DNA of 64,000 nucleotides from an uncultured archaeon (GTDB lineage Archaea; Asgardarchaeota; Thorarchaeia; Thorarchaeales; Thorarchaeaceae): NCBI GenBank assembly GCA_964610875.1, contig CAZSWP010000010.1, positions 23,764 to 87,763 of the forward strand, read 5' to 3'. Shown piece by piece: positions 10,703 to 19,699 of this stretch (position 1 is its first letter; each line of letters starts with the position of its first letter). The notes under the pieces were generated by a model. It saw only the letters and a program-made list of their open reading frames with translations, ran no database searches and was not told where the DNA came from. The position numbers and the translations under genes were made by a program.

Positions 10703-10985
10703 TTATGAGTTGCCATCATTCCTTGGAGTTGCTTCCGATTCAATTGCTTCTTCCTCTTCATCATCTTTGCAGACGAACTCTGGAACCACGAGAATCACGA
10801 TGAATAGTATGAAAATGACGCTGAATCCTTCAGTTGTCCTCAAGAAGAGGCTGACATGCCCAACTGCTGGGACTTTACCCACAACGACTCCGATTATCTC
10901 ATCATAGGTTCGTTCCATGTAATCTCGCGCTGGATTATTGTCACCTTTCGTGTAGTAATAGTAGGTACCATTTACTATCTGGAAT
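10703..10985 (-). pseudogene. 3' fragment of signal peptidase I (Sec11/S26B type)
   Basis: YYTKGDNN...D...IIGVVVGKVP.VG box plus C-terminal TM; catalytic Ser/His boxes are absent. Confidence 0.8.
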
Positions 10986-11186
10986 GGAGGGCAGTGTTTC
11001 ATTTACGACAATCCTTATTGATCCCAACACTATTGAATTTCTCTCAACACCATACCGAAAGCTGTTGTTCTGAGTTACTGCCCATGTGAATGATTGATTG
11101 TTTTGCGCGTTGGTAAACAAGCTGCAAGGAAATAGGATAAGTATAACTATAATTATTGAAAACTCCCTAACACCTAACATACTCAC
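10941..11186 (-). pseudogene. 5' fragment of a secreted protein, fused out of frame to the signal peptidase fragment
   Basis: Signal peptide (..LFTNA|Q); plausible sequence up to LPSIPD, then it runs into the peptidase DNA. Confidence 0.55.
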
Positions 11187-11373
11187 TATCTATTTGAGCA
11201 CCTGATTTAACTCTTTCCAAGAATTTTGGTTCGGGTAACTCCTAGAACAGATACAATCTCTCTAGAAACTTGGAGGATTTGCTGGTTTTCTAGTCACGCT
11301 GTTGGAGTGCTTGAAAACGAAGTGAGCGATACAGGAAAGCCTCTCTCGATTGAAGAATCTCTCCGATGTCGAA

Positions 11374-11436
11374 TTATGTCTACTTCTCTTGCCTGTAGGA
11401 CAAATATTCAGGGCCGCAAATCTCTCTTGCTATGAT
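11374..11436 (-). repeat. Gene-3'-end repeat, copy C (IIAREICGPEYLSYRQEK*T*)
   Basis: Shares TATTCAGGGCCG with copy A and CTTCTCTTGCCTG with copy B; decayed. Confidence 0.8.
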
Positions 11437-11468
11437 AGGTTGCTATCATCTTGCAAAGATATGCTTAA

Positions 11469-11720
11469 GTGTCAATCTCATATCCCCCTATAGTAACATC
11501 TATTCGGAGTTTATTGCAACTAGATTCTACTGATGTACTCGTTGCATTCACTCTTGCCATGTGCATCATAGCCGCAATGGTGATCTTGAGCATCTTATAT
11601 CGCGAGCGAATAGTAAGGAGTAGGTTATCTGCATTTGGTCTACTTCTCCTTGTAATGGTGGTTTTGATCTACGACATGGACTCATTTAAGCGCAACAAGA
11701 TGATGCGGTCGAGCACATGA
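11469..11720 (+). CDS. Small membrane protein, probably a truncated fragment
   Basis: Two TM helices; 3' end overlaps the convergent 11669-12133 ORF. Confidence 0.4.
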   Translation: MSISYPPIVTSIRSLLQLDSTDVLVAFTLAMCIIAAMVILSILYRERIVRSRLSAFGLLLLVMVVLIYDMDSFKRNKMMRSST

Positions 11721-12133
11721 CTACTCATGCCAAGTGGTGACGATATCTCAATTGATGCATTCAAACTCAGCCACATATCGTACTCTGCATCCCTTGGTAG
11801 TGGTCTTGGATTCTCATTGGAACTACCATTATCCGAGACTGAGAGTCCTAGAACTACTTGATAGTATATCCCGAAAAAGGCAAAGCTAGAGATTTCTGAA
11901 ATTGTCATATTTCCAGGATCATTCATGCTCTGAGTGAGTGGAAAGTCAACTATTGTTGTATTTGGCTCATGCAGAGTACCCCCTGTCCTCAAGATAAAAT
12001 CAAAGGTTCCTATATCAATTAGCACTTTTGGACTGCAGAGAAAGCTGATCGTATAACTCGCGAATGAAACACCCAGCAGAAAAATAGCTAGAATTGCCAA
12101 CGCTTTAGCTGAATTCTGTTTCATACCTACCAC
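11669..12133 (-). CDS. Hypothetical protein with an N-terminal signal/anchor helix
   Basis: GGTGGT RBS, hydrophobic N-terminus, N-x-T/S sequons. Confidence 0.55.
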   Translation of the reverse strand: MVGMKQNSAKALAILAIFLLGVSFASYTISFLCSPKVLIDIGTFDFILRTGGTLHEPNTTIVDFPLTQSMNDPGNMTISEISSFAFFGIYYQVVLGLSVSDNGSSNENPRPLPRDAEYDMWLSLNASIEISSPLGMSSHVLDRIILLRLNESMS

Positions 12134-12225
12134 CTACATGGAATTCGTAGATGATTGGTTATCTAAGCTTTCCTCATATGATATTCTCCAAGAGGTGATT
12201 TTGCGTCATTGAAACAGAGATGTCT

Positions 12226-12328
12226 AAAAGAAAGAGGGAGCGCGAGGCTCCCGTGAAACTTAGAATTACATCTGCTTCTCTTGACGATACGGGAGGTATT
12301 CAGGGCCGAAGATTTCCCTCGCCATGAC
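12226..12328 (-). repeat. Gene-3'-end repeat, copy A (VMAREIFGPEYLPYRQEKQM*) plus terminator hairpin
   Basis: 20 nt identical to copy B (AATTACATCTGCTTCTCTTG, 12264-12283 vs 19181-19200); hairpin GGGAGC..GCTCCC plus pyrimidine tract. Confidence 0.85.
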
Positions 12329-12351
12329 AGCTCACTTGATATGAAACACTC

Positions 12352-12383
12352 AGAAGAAGAAAGAGGGAGTGATGAACTCCCTC
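12352..12383 (-). terminator. Hairpin plus pyrimidine tract
   Basis: GAGGGAGT-N5-ACTCCCTC just after the 12388 stop. Confidence 0.6.
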
Positions 12384-12387
12384 ATCA

Positions 12388-12597
12388 TCAACTTGTCCTG
12401 GAATCAATATATCTGCCAAGTCGCGGAATCACAAGCAGGAATGCAACAATGTACCAGAGTAGGACACCTAGAGCGATTCCGATCCAAGGTAGATTGCTTG
12501 GGTCTGGGCTACCGAAACTTGCTACCAACGCGTCTTGACCAAGCCGTAACAGAAGGATTGGTAGTATTGCGACGACCAACAAGATAAACACCTTCAA
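12388..12597 (-). CDS. Small 2-TM protein (possible immunity protein or gene remnant)
   Basis: 69 aa, two hydrophobic helices, own terminator, weak TTG start. Confidence 0.45.
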   Translation of the reverse strand: MKVFILLVVAILPILLLRLGQDALVASFGSPDPSNLPWIGIALGVLLWYIVAFLLVIPRLGRYIDSRTS

Positions 12598-12801
12598 TAA
12601 AAGAACCTTTAAGATGTCCGATATTGATGCCTATCGAATATGCTCCATCCGTGTCATTCATTGGAGTTACATCATCAGAATCTGTGTCTTTATGATAGAT
12701 TTGGATTCATCGATGATTTCTCAAGTACGCTGCCTTTTTTATTTTCATCCGAATTATTATAATCATCTTTAAATAGTGATTGAAGTAATTTCGACAGAGA
12801 G

Positions 12802-13461
12802 TTGAATTGCAGGGCAATTCTAGCACTACGAATAAAAGTGCGCTATTCAAAACTGGAGGAGTATGCAATAAAATCGATTGCTATCAAGCTATCTCATTTT
12901 TTAAAAGAGCATATGAAAGATGGTATTTTCATTAGTTGCATTACAATGATTTGTGGCCAAGTCATAGGTGCTTTAATTGGACTAAGCTTTGATGCTCCAC
13001 GTCCAGAGGATCTAATCATTACGGATCCCCCTCCTCAGGAGTGGATTTTTCAAAACAATTCATCAGTAGCTCTTGGTCTATCCTTAGGTGGCCTATTATT
13101 CGGTGTCATCACAATCGCAATTCTTCTTTTTAATTCTATATTACTTGGTTACTGGGTTCAGGAAAGAATAAGATCACAAGGACCAATGATGGCCTTTCTT
13201 TTGGTGGTACCTCATGGGATATTTGAGATACCAGCATTGCTGCTAGCTGGAGCTGTAGGTGTTGAGATTGCGAAATGGACATTCCGTTTATTTATCTCTA
13301 GCCCAAGTTCTGAAGGGGAACAAATGGATAAAGAAGAAAACTCAGACGAAGTACTTATTAAGTGGGTAGTGTCGAGGATGATTGTAGTTGAGGTGCTACT
13401 ATGCATTGCTTCATATGTCGAAGCATATATTATACCTCTATTAGTCGGAATGCATATGTGA
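12802..13461 (+). CDS. SpoIIM/DUF95 family membrane protein
   Basis: IFQNN, ILLFN...G, PHGIFEIPA and ASYVEAYI motifs; true start may be ATG 12913. Confidence 0.88.
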   Translation: MNCRAILALRIKVRYSKLEEYAIKSIAIKLSHFLKEHMKDGIFISCITMICGQVIGALIGLSFDAPRPEDLIITDPPPQEWIFQNNSSVALGLSLGGLLFGVITIAILLFNSILLGYWVQERIRSQGPMMAFLLVVPHGIFEIPALLLAGAVGVEIAKWTFRLFISSPSSEGEQMDKEENSDEVLIKWVVSRMIVVEVLLCIASYVEAYIIPLLVGMHM

Positions 13462-13473
13462 TGTGGCAGAACC

Positions 13474-14094
13474 ATGAAAGATGATATTCGCAGGATTCTT
13501 TGGGTTTTTAGCAAGCCTCGAGAGGCTATCGAAGAGATACGAACTCAAGGAGTTGGGAAACATGGTGTAGCATTAGCACTACTTATCACCGGAATACTCA
13601 CAGCGATTTACTCGTTCTACTTTGGAATGGCATTGGTAAATCCTGTTCTTCCTTCGGATTCTGAGTTACTTCCCTTTGCTATTCTTGTGATTACACTAGT
13701 TCTTTTTATTACTAGTATTATGTTTATAGCTTTCACTTGGATTATTGTTACAGCGGCAGGTCATCTGTTGCTTCGAGTTCAAGTGTGCACCGGCGATTTC
13801 GATTCTTTCCACACTGGAAACGGCTATGCACTAATTGTTTTAGCAGTTCAACCAGTGATTGGTTTATTGCTCTTGATGATACTAGGTCCTGTTGATATTA
13901 TGTTTGCATACGATCTAATTAGTTCTATTATAGTCAGAATCTGGTATGGTGTAATAGTAGCATTATCTATGAAAGCAAATTATGATGGTACATGGAAGCA
14001 GATAGCAATATCTGTTACTATTGCATTAGTTATCATGACCTTTTACCCACTAATTCCGCAATACATTAGCTTTTCATTTGAACTACCTAGCTAA
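13474..14094 (+). CDS. Yip1-domain membrane protein
   Basis: N-terminal VFSKPREAIEEI followed by about five TM helices, HLLLR...G.F...GYA pattern. Confidence 0.75.
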   Translation: MKDDIRRILWVFSKPREAIEEIRTQGVGKHGVALALLITGILTAIYSFYFGMALVNPVLPSDSELLPFAILVITLVLFITSIMFIAFTWIIVTAAGHLLLRVQVCTGDFDSFHTGNGYALIVLAVQPVIGLLLLMILGPVDIMFAYDLISSIIVRIWYGVIVALSMKANYDGTWKQIAISVTIALVIMTFYPLIPQYISFSFELPS

Positions 14095-14127
14095 ATCAAA
14101 TTCCCTAATCGAGAGTGCTCAGGCATA

Positions 14128-15060
14128 ATGGCCGCAGATGAATCCCTACTAGACTTGACTCAACTTGAAAAGACATATGATAGTGTCGCTGCTCTAAAAG
14201 GAATAACTCTTAGTGTGGGTTTAGGGAAGGTGGGTCTTCTCGGTCCTAATGGAGCTGGCAAAACAACATTAATGAAAATAGCAACTGGTCTTATCAAACC
14301 CACATCAGGCAGCTGCAAAGTACTTGGCTTAGATCCTAGACAAGGACCTGCATTACACCAGAAAATCGGATATCTACCAGAGCACTTTGGATTCCCCTCA
14401 ATATCAATTTGGAAATACTTGATTCATGTTGGTCTGGTGTTCAATCTGTCTAAAAAACAAGCTGAAGACAATGTAAAAAAGATAATTCATGAACTTGATT
14501 TGTTAGAGCTGCGTGACCGCGACTGTACAAAGCTAAGTTCGGGGCAGAAACAACGACTTGGCTTGGCCCAAGTGTTGCTGCATAATCCTGAAATCCTTAT
14601 TCTTGATGAACCTGTTTCTTACTTAGATCCTTTTGGACGGAAGAGGTTTTTTGACTTTCTTGATACTATTCAAGAAGATCAAAGTGTTATTCTTTCGAGT
14701 CATATCTTAACTGATGTTGAACGAGCATGCGACAATGTTATTGTACTGAATCATGGAAAGGTTCTCTATTTTGGACCATTATCAAAGCTAAAAAAGAGTG
14801 AGACTCTAACCAAGTTCTTCCTAATTGTTTCAGATCCACGCGCTCTTATAGAAGAATTAAATGGACGCCCCTTTGTTGATAAAGCCTCTATCAAAGGAAG
14901 AGAAGTTATGATAGAAACTTCAGAACCTATTCCATTCCAAGAAGCGATATCTGGTTATTTAGCAAATGCAGGTGTTCGGTTAATGGGTATGAAGCAAGAG
15001 GAGGAGAGTCTTGAGGACTTGTTCTTGGAATTAGTAAGAAGGAGTGATACTAGTGGCTAA
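14128..15060 (+). CDS. ABC transporter ATP-binding protein
   Basis: GPNGAGKT, LSSGQ, ILDEP, SSH. Confidence 0.93.
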   Translation: MAADESLLDLTQLEKTYDSVAALKGITLSVGLGKVGLLGPNGAGKTTLMKIATGLIKPTSGSCKVLGLDPRQGPALHQKIGYLPEHFGFPSISIWKYLIHVGLVFNLSKKQAEDNVKKIIHELDLLELRDRDCTKLSSGQKQRLGLAQVLLHNPEILILDEPVSYLDPFGRKRFFDFLDTIQEDQSVILSSHILTDVERACDNVIVLNHGKVLYFGPLSKLKKSETLTKFFLIVSDPRALIEELNGRPFVDKASIKGREVMIETSEPIPFQEAISGYLANAGVRLMGMKQEEESLEDLFLELVRRSDTSG

Positions 15061-15910
15061 GAATCTAGAACTGAAATCAAAGTTACCCTTGCTCATGAAA
15101 CAGAATCTATCATGGTTTCTTGGTTCTCATAAGAATATCATTGTCCTTTTCTTATACTTATTAGTGGGTATTGTGTTCGGTGCTCTTATCAGACCAATAA
15201 ATGGCCTGTTTTCCGATCAAATGGGTGCAGAAACAGATTGGACTGACCCTGATACCGTAGGAAACATCTTCTATGGACTGACATCGTTGATCTTATTTGT
15301 CCCATTGATGATGTTAGCTACTTTTCAAGGGGCTCTATCGGGGAACAAGCTGATAGGTAGTGAAATGCAATCTCGTTTCATGATTGAGCTTGCCTGGCCA
15401 GTACGAAGAACAGAAATGATACTATCATTGATTGTCACTAAATTCAGCAAACGAGCTTCGAGTGCATTCTTAGTTTTCGTTGGAACATGGTTCTCATTTA
15501 ATGCATTTGCTTCTGCTGCAGAGATGAATTGGACATTCATCACTTCGCTTTCCATGGTTCTTGCAATATCATTGATTTTCTTGAGCTCGTATATATTAAG
15601 TATGGCTATTTCCTTACTAGCCAAAAGAGAATCAGCTAGTGCTGTAATAACATTGTTTGCGTTTCTGTTTCTAAATGCTATTTTCCGGACCATACATGGT
15701 CTCCTAGATCCGTCAAATTCCATACCGGGACTTGTTTGGATAAATAACATTGACTTAATGGGATGGTTCATGGCAATCGCATCTACTACAGTGGGATTGC
15801 CAGAAGGATATTCTATCGAGTTGCTTGTTTTAGCTATTAGTGCATTGATTGCGCTTCCATTAATCATAGCTATTGTCTTGTTCATGAAATTAGAGATACA
15901 TACCAGGTAA
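15044..15910 (+). CDS. ABC-2-type exporter permease
   Basis: About six TM helices, E....F...LAWPVRR pattern; overlaps the ATPase stop. Confidence 0.8.
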   Translation: MILVAKNLELKSKLPLLMKQNLSWFLGSHKNIIVLFLYLLVGIVFGALIRPINGLFSDQMGAETDWTDPDTVGNIFYGLTSLILFVPLMMLATFQGALSGNKLIGSEMQSRFMIELAWPVRRTEMILSLIVTKFSKRASSAFLVFVGTWFSFNAFASAAEMNWTFITSLSMVLAISLIFLSSYILSMAISLLAKRESASAVITLFAFLFLNAIFRTIHGLLDPSNSIPGLVWINNIDLMGWFMAIASTTVGLPEGYSIELLVLAISALIALPLIIAIVLFMKLEIHTR

Positions 15911-16059
15911 CCATTCGATTGATACGAATCACTAATCACAATATCAAGAACTCCATAATGACACCTGAAATTCAAAACTTATTTCAAAAAAGTATCAAGC
16001 ATAAGAGCTTCTTGGTGAAGCTCTTACCTTGAATTTGATCTAGATTCGTAGAAACCGAT

Positions 16060-16380
16060 TTACGCAGCTCCACCAGCAGCAATAAGAATAGCAATTATTG
16101 ACCATTGCCACATTTGAAATGTGAACGAGTAAAAGTGTCCAGCATAATATGTGGTAAGTGTCAACTCACTATTGTATCCCAAACCTAGAGACGCCATATT
16201 CATGACATAGTAGGTTATCGTGGCTGCTAAGGCTACCAATGCGATTGCAGGTGCCATGGCGAGTCCAAAACTTGCTGCAACAAGTGCTGCTGCCCCTCTA
16301 AAAAGTGGAAGCATGATTGCTGCTGCAAATGGAATAAATAGCATTTGCAGTGCTTTCTTATCTGAATTGTTCAACTCCAT
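16060..16380 (-). CDS. Candidate circular-bacteriocin-like precursor peptide (106 aa)
   Basis: ATG 16380 with GGAGAGG RBS; Ala/Gly-rich, nearly uncharged core LVAASFGLAMA...WSIIAILIAAGGAA; convergent with the SpoIIM-Yip1-ABC operon. Confidence 0.65.
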   Translation of the reverse strand: MELNNSDKKALQMLFIPFAAAIMLPLFRGAAALVAASFGLAMAPAIALVALAATITYYVMNMASLGLGYNSELTLTTYYAGHFYSFTFQMWQWSIIAILIAAGGAA

Positions 16381-16443
16381 AATGCATTTTCCTCTCCAAT
16401 TTTCGATTTGCCTTTTACAAGGCAAGATGCATACTACTAGCAC

Positions 16444-16459
16444 TCTTATAAGCATTTTG
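16444..16459 (-). promoter_or_regulatory. BRE/TATA box for the precursor gene
   Basis: CAAAATGC-TTATAA on the minus strand, about 65 nt upstream of the ATG. Confidence 0.5.
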
Positions 16460-16572
16460 AGCTTTGAGCACCAAAAGGGGCAATATATTCAGAAGAGTAT
16501 ATATCTTTGAGAGAATGGATGCCTGAAAAGAACGATCGTGGAATTCCTTAGATAGAAAGGAGGACATATGGA

Positions 16573-17352
16573 TTGAGTGCAATAGAGATTTGCAACTTGG
16601 TAAAGAAATTTGGTGATTTGATAGCAGTGAATAATATCTCCTTGGATATACATGAAGGAGAGGTCTATGGATTATTAGGTCCAAATGGTGCAGGTAAAAC
16701 TACGACTCTGAAAGTCCTCATGGGTCTTATTGATCCCGATTCTGGATCTGCAAATGTTTTTGGAATAAACTCAACTGAGAATCCGATTGAAGCAAAGAAG
16801 AGAGTGGGATATGTTCCCGAAGAACTGCATCTTTATGATTCGCTGACATCCTATGAGCTCTTCGAATTTGTAAGCTCTATCAGGAAGGTCGATCCTTTGG
16901 TAGCCAGACAGCGAGTATCTGGTATGTCGGAAGCACTTAGCTTCACTAAACACTATAATAAACCGATAGTAACACTGTCACAAGGAAATAAGCAAAAAAC
17001 AATGCTAATTGTGGCAATGCTTCATGCTCCAAAGCTGTTGATTCTTGATGAACCTTTTTCCGGTCTAGACGTGAAAGCGATACGAATAATGAAGGAAACA
17101 ATTGGCTTGCATAAAGCATCTGGAGGTACAGTATTATTTAGTACACACAATATGGAGATGGCAGAAGACCTCTGTGATCGTGTTGGGATAATAGATGAAG
17201 GATTACTTGTTGCAGAAGGTGCACTTGACGATTTACGAATACAAGCTGAATCAGAGGGTGAAACACTTGAGCATGTGTTTCTAAAACTCACTAACGAAGA
17301 AGAGGATATTACTAAGCAGATAGGTGTAATGAGGGAGGCACTTGGTTATTGA
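16573..17352 (+). CDS. ABC transporter ATP-binding protein
   Basis: GPNGAGKT, LSQGN, ILDEP, STH; GGAGG RBS. Confidence 0.93.
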   Translation: MSAIEICNLVKKFGDLIAVNNISLDIHEGEVYGLLGPNGAGKTTTLKVLMGLIDPDSGSANVFGINSTENPIEAKKRVGYVPEELHLYDSLTSYELFEFVSSIRKVDPLVARQRVSGMSEALSFTKHYNKPIVTLSQGNKQKTMLIVAMLHAPKLLILDEPFSGLDVKAIRIMKETIGLHKASGGTVLFSTHNMEMAEDLCDRVGIIDEGLLVAEGALDDLRIQAESEGETLEHVFLKLTNEEEDITKQIGVMREALGY

Positions 17353-18983
17353 ATTTTAGAGAGCGTTGGCGGATTGCAGGATATGTTGCACAGGATATTC
17401 GTTTCCAAAGCTATCTTGAGGCTAATCCCACCAACTTTTCTAGAACAAAAGAAAATCCTGAAAACATCGCATCCCAAATAAAGAGAGCTTCCTCTCTCAA
17501 TGTAGTTACCACTGCATTCATCATCATTGTACTTGGACTTTTCATATTTATCCCATTTTATTCGATAGAGAGTTCTGGTTCATCGGGACTCCTATTTTCC
17601 TTGGATGTTACTCTATTTCTTGTTATCAGTTCATTTCTCATACTCTTTATGAATATAACATCGTCAACAGGTTTTTTTGATGCTGATGCAATACAATTTC
17701 TATCAACACTCCCTTTCCATAAACGCGATTTAGAGGATCTAATGCAGCTTTCGTTCCTAAGAACCTTCATTGCACCTTTAGCATCAATTCTAGTTCTCGT
17801 CCCGTTAATGATGACACTGTTATTTGGGCCTCTAACTGGTATCTTTGTATTAGCTGCATCAGTGGTATCCTCTATCTTAGCAATTGGATTATTAGTCGAA
17901 GTAGCTGGATGGTTTCATAAGAAATCAAAATCCGGTGATAATTCGAAGTTATCAGTTATTATTAGAATCGGAGCGGGTCTAGGATTTATCTTAGGCATGT
18001 TTGCAGGCTATAGCATGGTTAGTTTCATGCCTTTGATTTCGGAAGCGATTCTAAGATTTTCATTCCTCAAAGATTCCGGGATTTTTACTCTTTTAGCCCT
18101 TATATATCCCATTTCATTTGGCATCGTAGCTTCGGTGCTTTTGTATGGTCCAATATATCCAGTGACAACCATAGTTGCAAGCATCATTGCCTCCCTCTGC
18201 TATTTCATCTTGGGTGCGAGAATTTTCCACAAAATTGGTAAGACTTTACGGGCAGTCCTTTCGGACTCTTCATCTTCTTCCATAACACAATCACCCCCCA
18301 CATTTGACGTGATTTCACCGCTTCATGCACTAATCCGAAAGGATTTCAGTATTGCAACTCGTAGCCTTGGATCTATTGTTGTTCTCGTTTTACCCATTGT
18401 TATGTTCTTCTCAGTTATACCAATACTCTCTATCATCCCCTATGAAACAATCAGGAGTACAACAGTTCTACTAAGTTTAGGATACACAACAATTTTCGCT
18501 GGCTTTTCGGTAAATGGCATTCTGAATTTGGACACTCAAGGAGCATCCGTATATGACAGTCTTCCACTTGAAAGTAGACTTGTGATCAGAGGCAAATCCG
18601 CAATATTTGCGCCGTTCTACATTGCTACAATGATCATTGTATTTGTGGTCCTCCTTGGACGTCCTCTAATTTCCTCTTTCCTTCTATTTATTCCTCTTTT
18701 CCAGATCCCATGCGTTTATTCAATTACATATTCGGTAGGAACACTAATCTACATGATACGTAGTGGTGGACATGCGATATCAATCAACATAAATGGTGAT
18801 CAACTGCTATCTGTCCTAGGATTTTTGATAAGCGCTGTATTGGGAATACTTCCTTTGATGGGATATACGATAAGTCTTATTACAACAGACAGTCACCTTG
18901 TTTCAGTAGTAGTACAATTATCTATAGTTATCCTGGAAGTTCTATTGGTTAGAGCAATCATGCAGCATATCTTGAAAGACTAA
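17349..18983 (+). CDS. Large multi-pass ABC permease
   Basis: About 13-14 TM helices, two L..LP motifs, KDF...R; translationally coupled to the ATPase. Confidence 0.8.
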   Translation: MNFRERWRIAGYVAQDIRFQSYLEANPTNFSRTKENPENIASQIKRASSLNVVTTAFIIIVLGLFIFIPFYSIESSGSSGLLFSLDVTLFLVISSFLILFMNITSSTGFFDADAIQFLSTLPFHKRDLEDLMQLSFLRTFIAPLASILVLVPLMMTLLFGPLTGIFVLAASVVSSILAIGLLVEVAGWFHKKSKSGDNSKLSVIIRIGAGLGFILGMFAGYSMVSFMPLISEAILRFSFLKDSGIFTLLALIYPISFGIVASVLLYGPIYPVTTIVASIIASLCYFILGARIFHKIGKTLRAVLSDSSSSSITQSPPTFDVISPLHALIRKDFSIATRSLGSIVVLVLPIVMFFSVIPILSIIPYETIRSTTVLLSLGYTTIFAGFSVNGILNLDTQGASVYDSLPLESRLVIRGKSAIFAPFYIATMIIVFVVLLGRPLISSFLLFIPLFQIPCVYSITYSVGTLIYMIRSGGHAISININGDQLLSVLGFLISAVLGILPLMGYTISLITTDSHLVSVVVQLSIVILEVLLVRAIMQHILKD

Positions 18984-19036
18984 CATCTGAGCTTGAAATA
19001 GACAGAATCTGCTACCTTGTCATAATCGACTCGCAC
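18980..19036 (-). pseudogene. DUF2283-like 5' remnant (MRVDYDKVADSVYFKLRC*)
   Basis: AAGGTGA RBS plus GTG; YD..AD..Y..L pattern; truncated at 18 aa. Confidence 0.55.
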
Positions 19037-19135
19037 TTACGTTCACCTTATCATACATCTCTGATAGTGGTTGATAATATTCTCATAAGTAAATGTGCTT
19101 TCCGCTTCTAATTCCTGACAATACTGTAACTCGAG

Positions 19136-19245
19136 AAAAGAAGGATGAGGGAACGCGAAGCTCCCTTGAAAATAAGTGAAAATTACATCTGCTTCTCTTG
19201 CCTGAAAGGTAAGTGATCTTTACCAAGAACCTCTCCAGCTGTCAA
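19136..19245 (-). repeat. Gene-3'-end repeat, copy B (..AGEVLGKDHLPFRQEKQM*) plus terminator hairpin
   Basis: 20-nt identity with copy A and a related hairpin; forms the C-terminus of ORF 19183-19686. Confidence 0.85.
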
Positions 19246-19686
19246 TATTACTGAAACACAAAAAACAATTGCCGCTAATGTTAGAAGTTGAATATGAGGG
19301 AGGCTAGAATTAATTACGATAAAAACATCAAATGATTCACTCTGACTAGTATTAAAGAGAATTCCATAAACTCCCGGTTCAGGGATAACAAACTCCATCA
19401 ACAAAGTTGAATTCGATGTAGCACTCATCAAAATCGTTGCATCAGCCGTACTTCCATCTCTGATACAGCGTATTAGGTCATCGACTGAAACAATTGATAC
19501 ATCATATTCGTACATTTCATCCCCTACAATTTGGGTTTCAATTATGACATTTGTTGATGCCTTGAAAAGAAATCCTTGATATGCTTGATCGGACACTTGA
19601 GTTGTACTACGAAAGGGAGCTTGGGTAATAAACGCTCCAGCTAAGAGTACAATGGAAAACACAAGAAATGTTTTTGCTATGCGCAT
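19183..19686 (-). CDS. Membrane-anchored hypothetical protein with a chimeric C-terminus
   Basis: GGTGA RBS, N- and C-terminal TM helices; last ~18 aa come from repeat copy B. Confidence 0.7.
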   Translation of the reverse strand: MRIAKTFLVFSIVLLAGAFITQAPFRSTTQVSDQAYQGFLFKASTNVIIETQIVGDEMYEYDVSIVSVDDLIRCIRDGSTADATILMSATSNSTLLMEFVIPEPGVYGILFNTSQSESFDVFIVINSSLPHIQLLTLAAIVFCVSVILTAGEVLGKDHLPFRQEKQM

Positions 19687-19699
19687 AAGATTTCACCTT

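Noticed and set aside
15325-15975. Long antisense ORF (also 29488-30138, 42850-43371 and many short ones)
   Set aside because: Shadow frames of well-supported genes on the opposite strand, with no motifs of their own.
11374-19245. Repeats as a CRISPR array or IS ends
   Set aside because: Spacing is kilobases, the copies are diverged coding sequence in direct orientation, and no cas or transposase gene is present.
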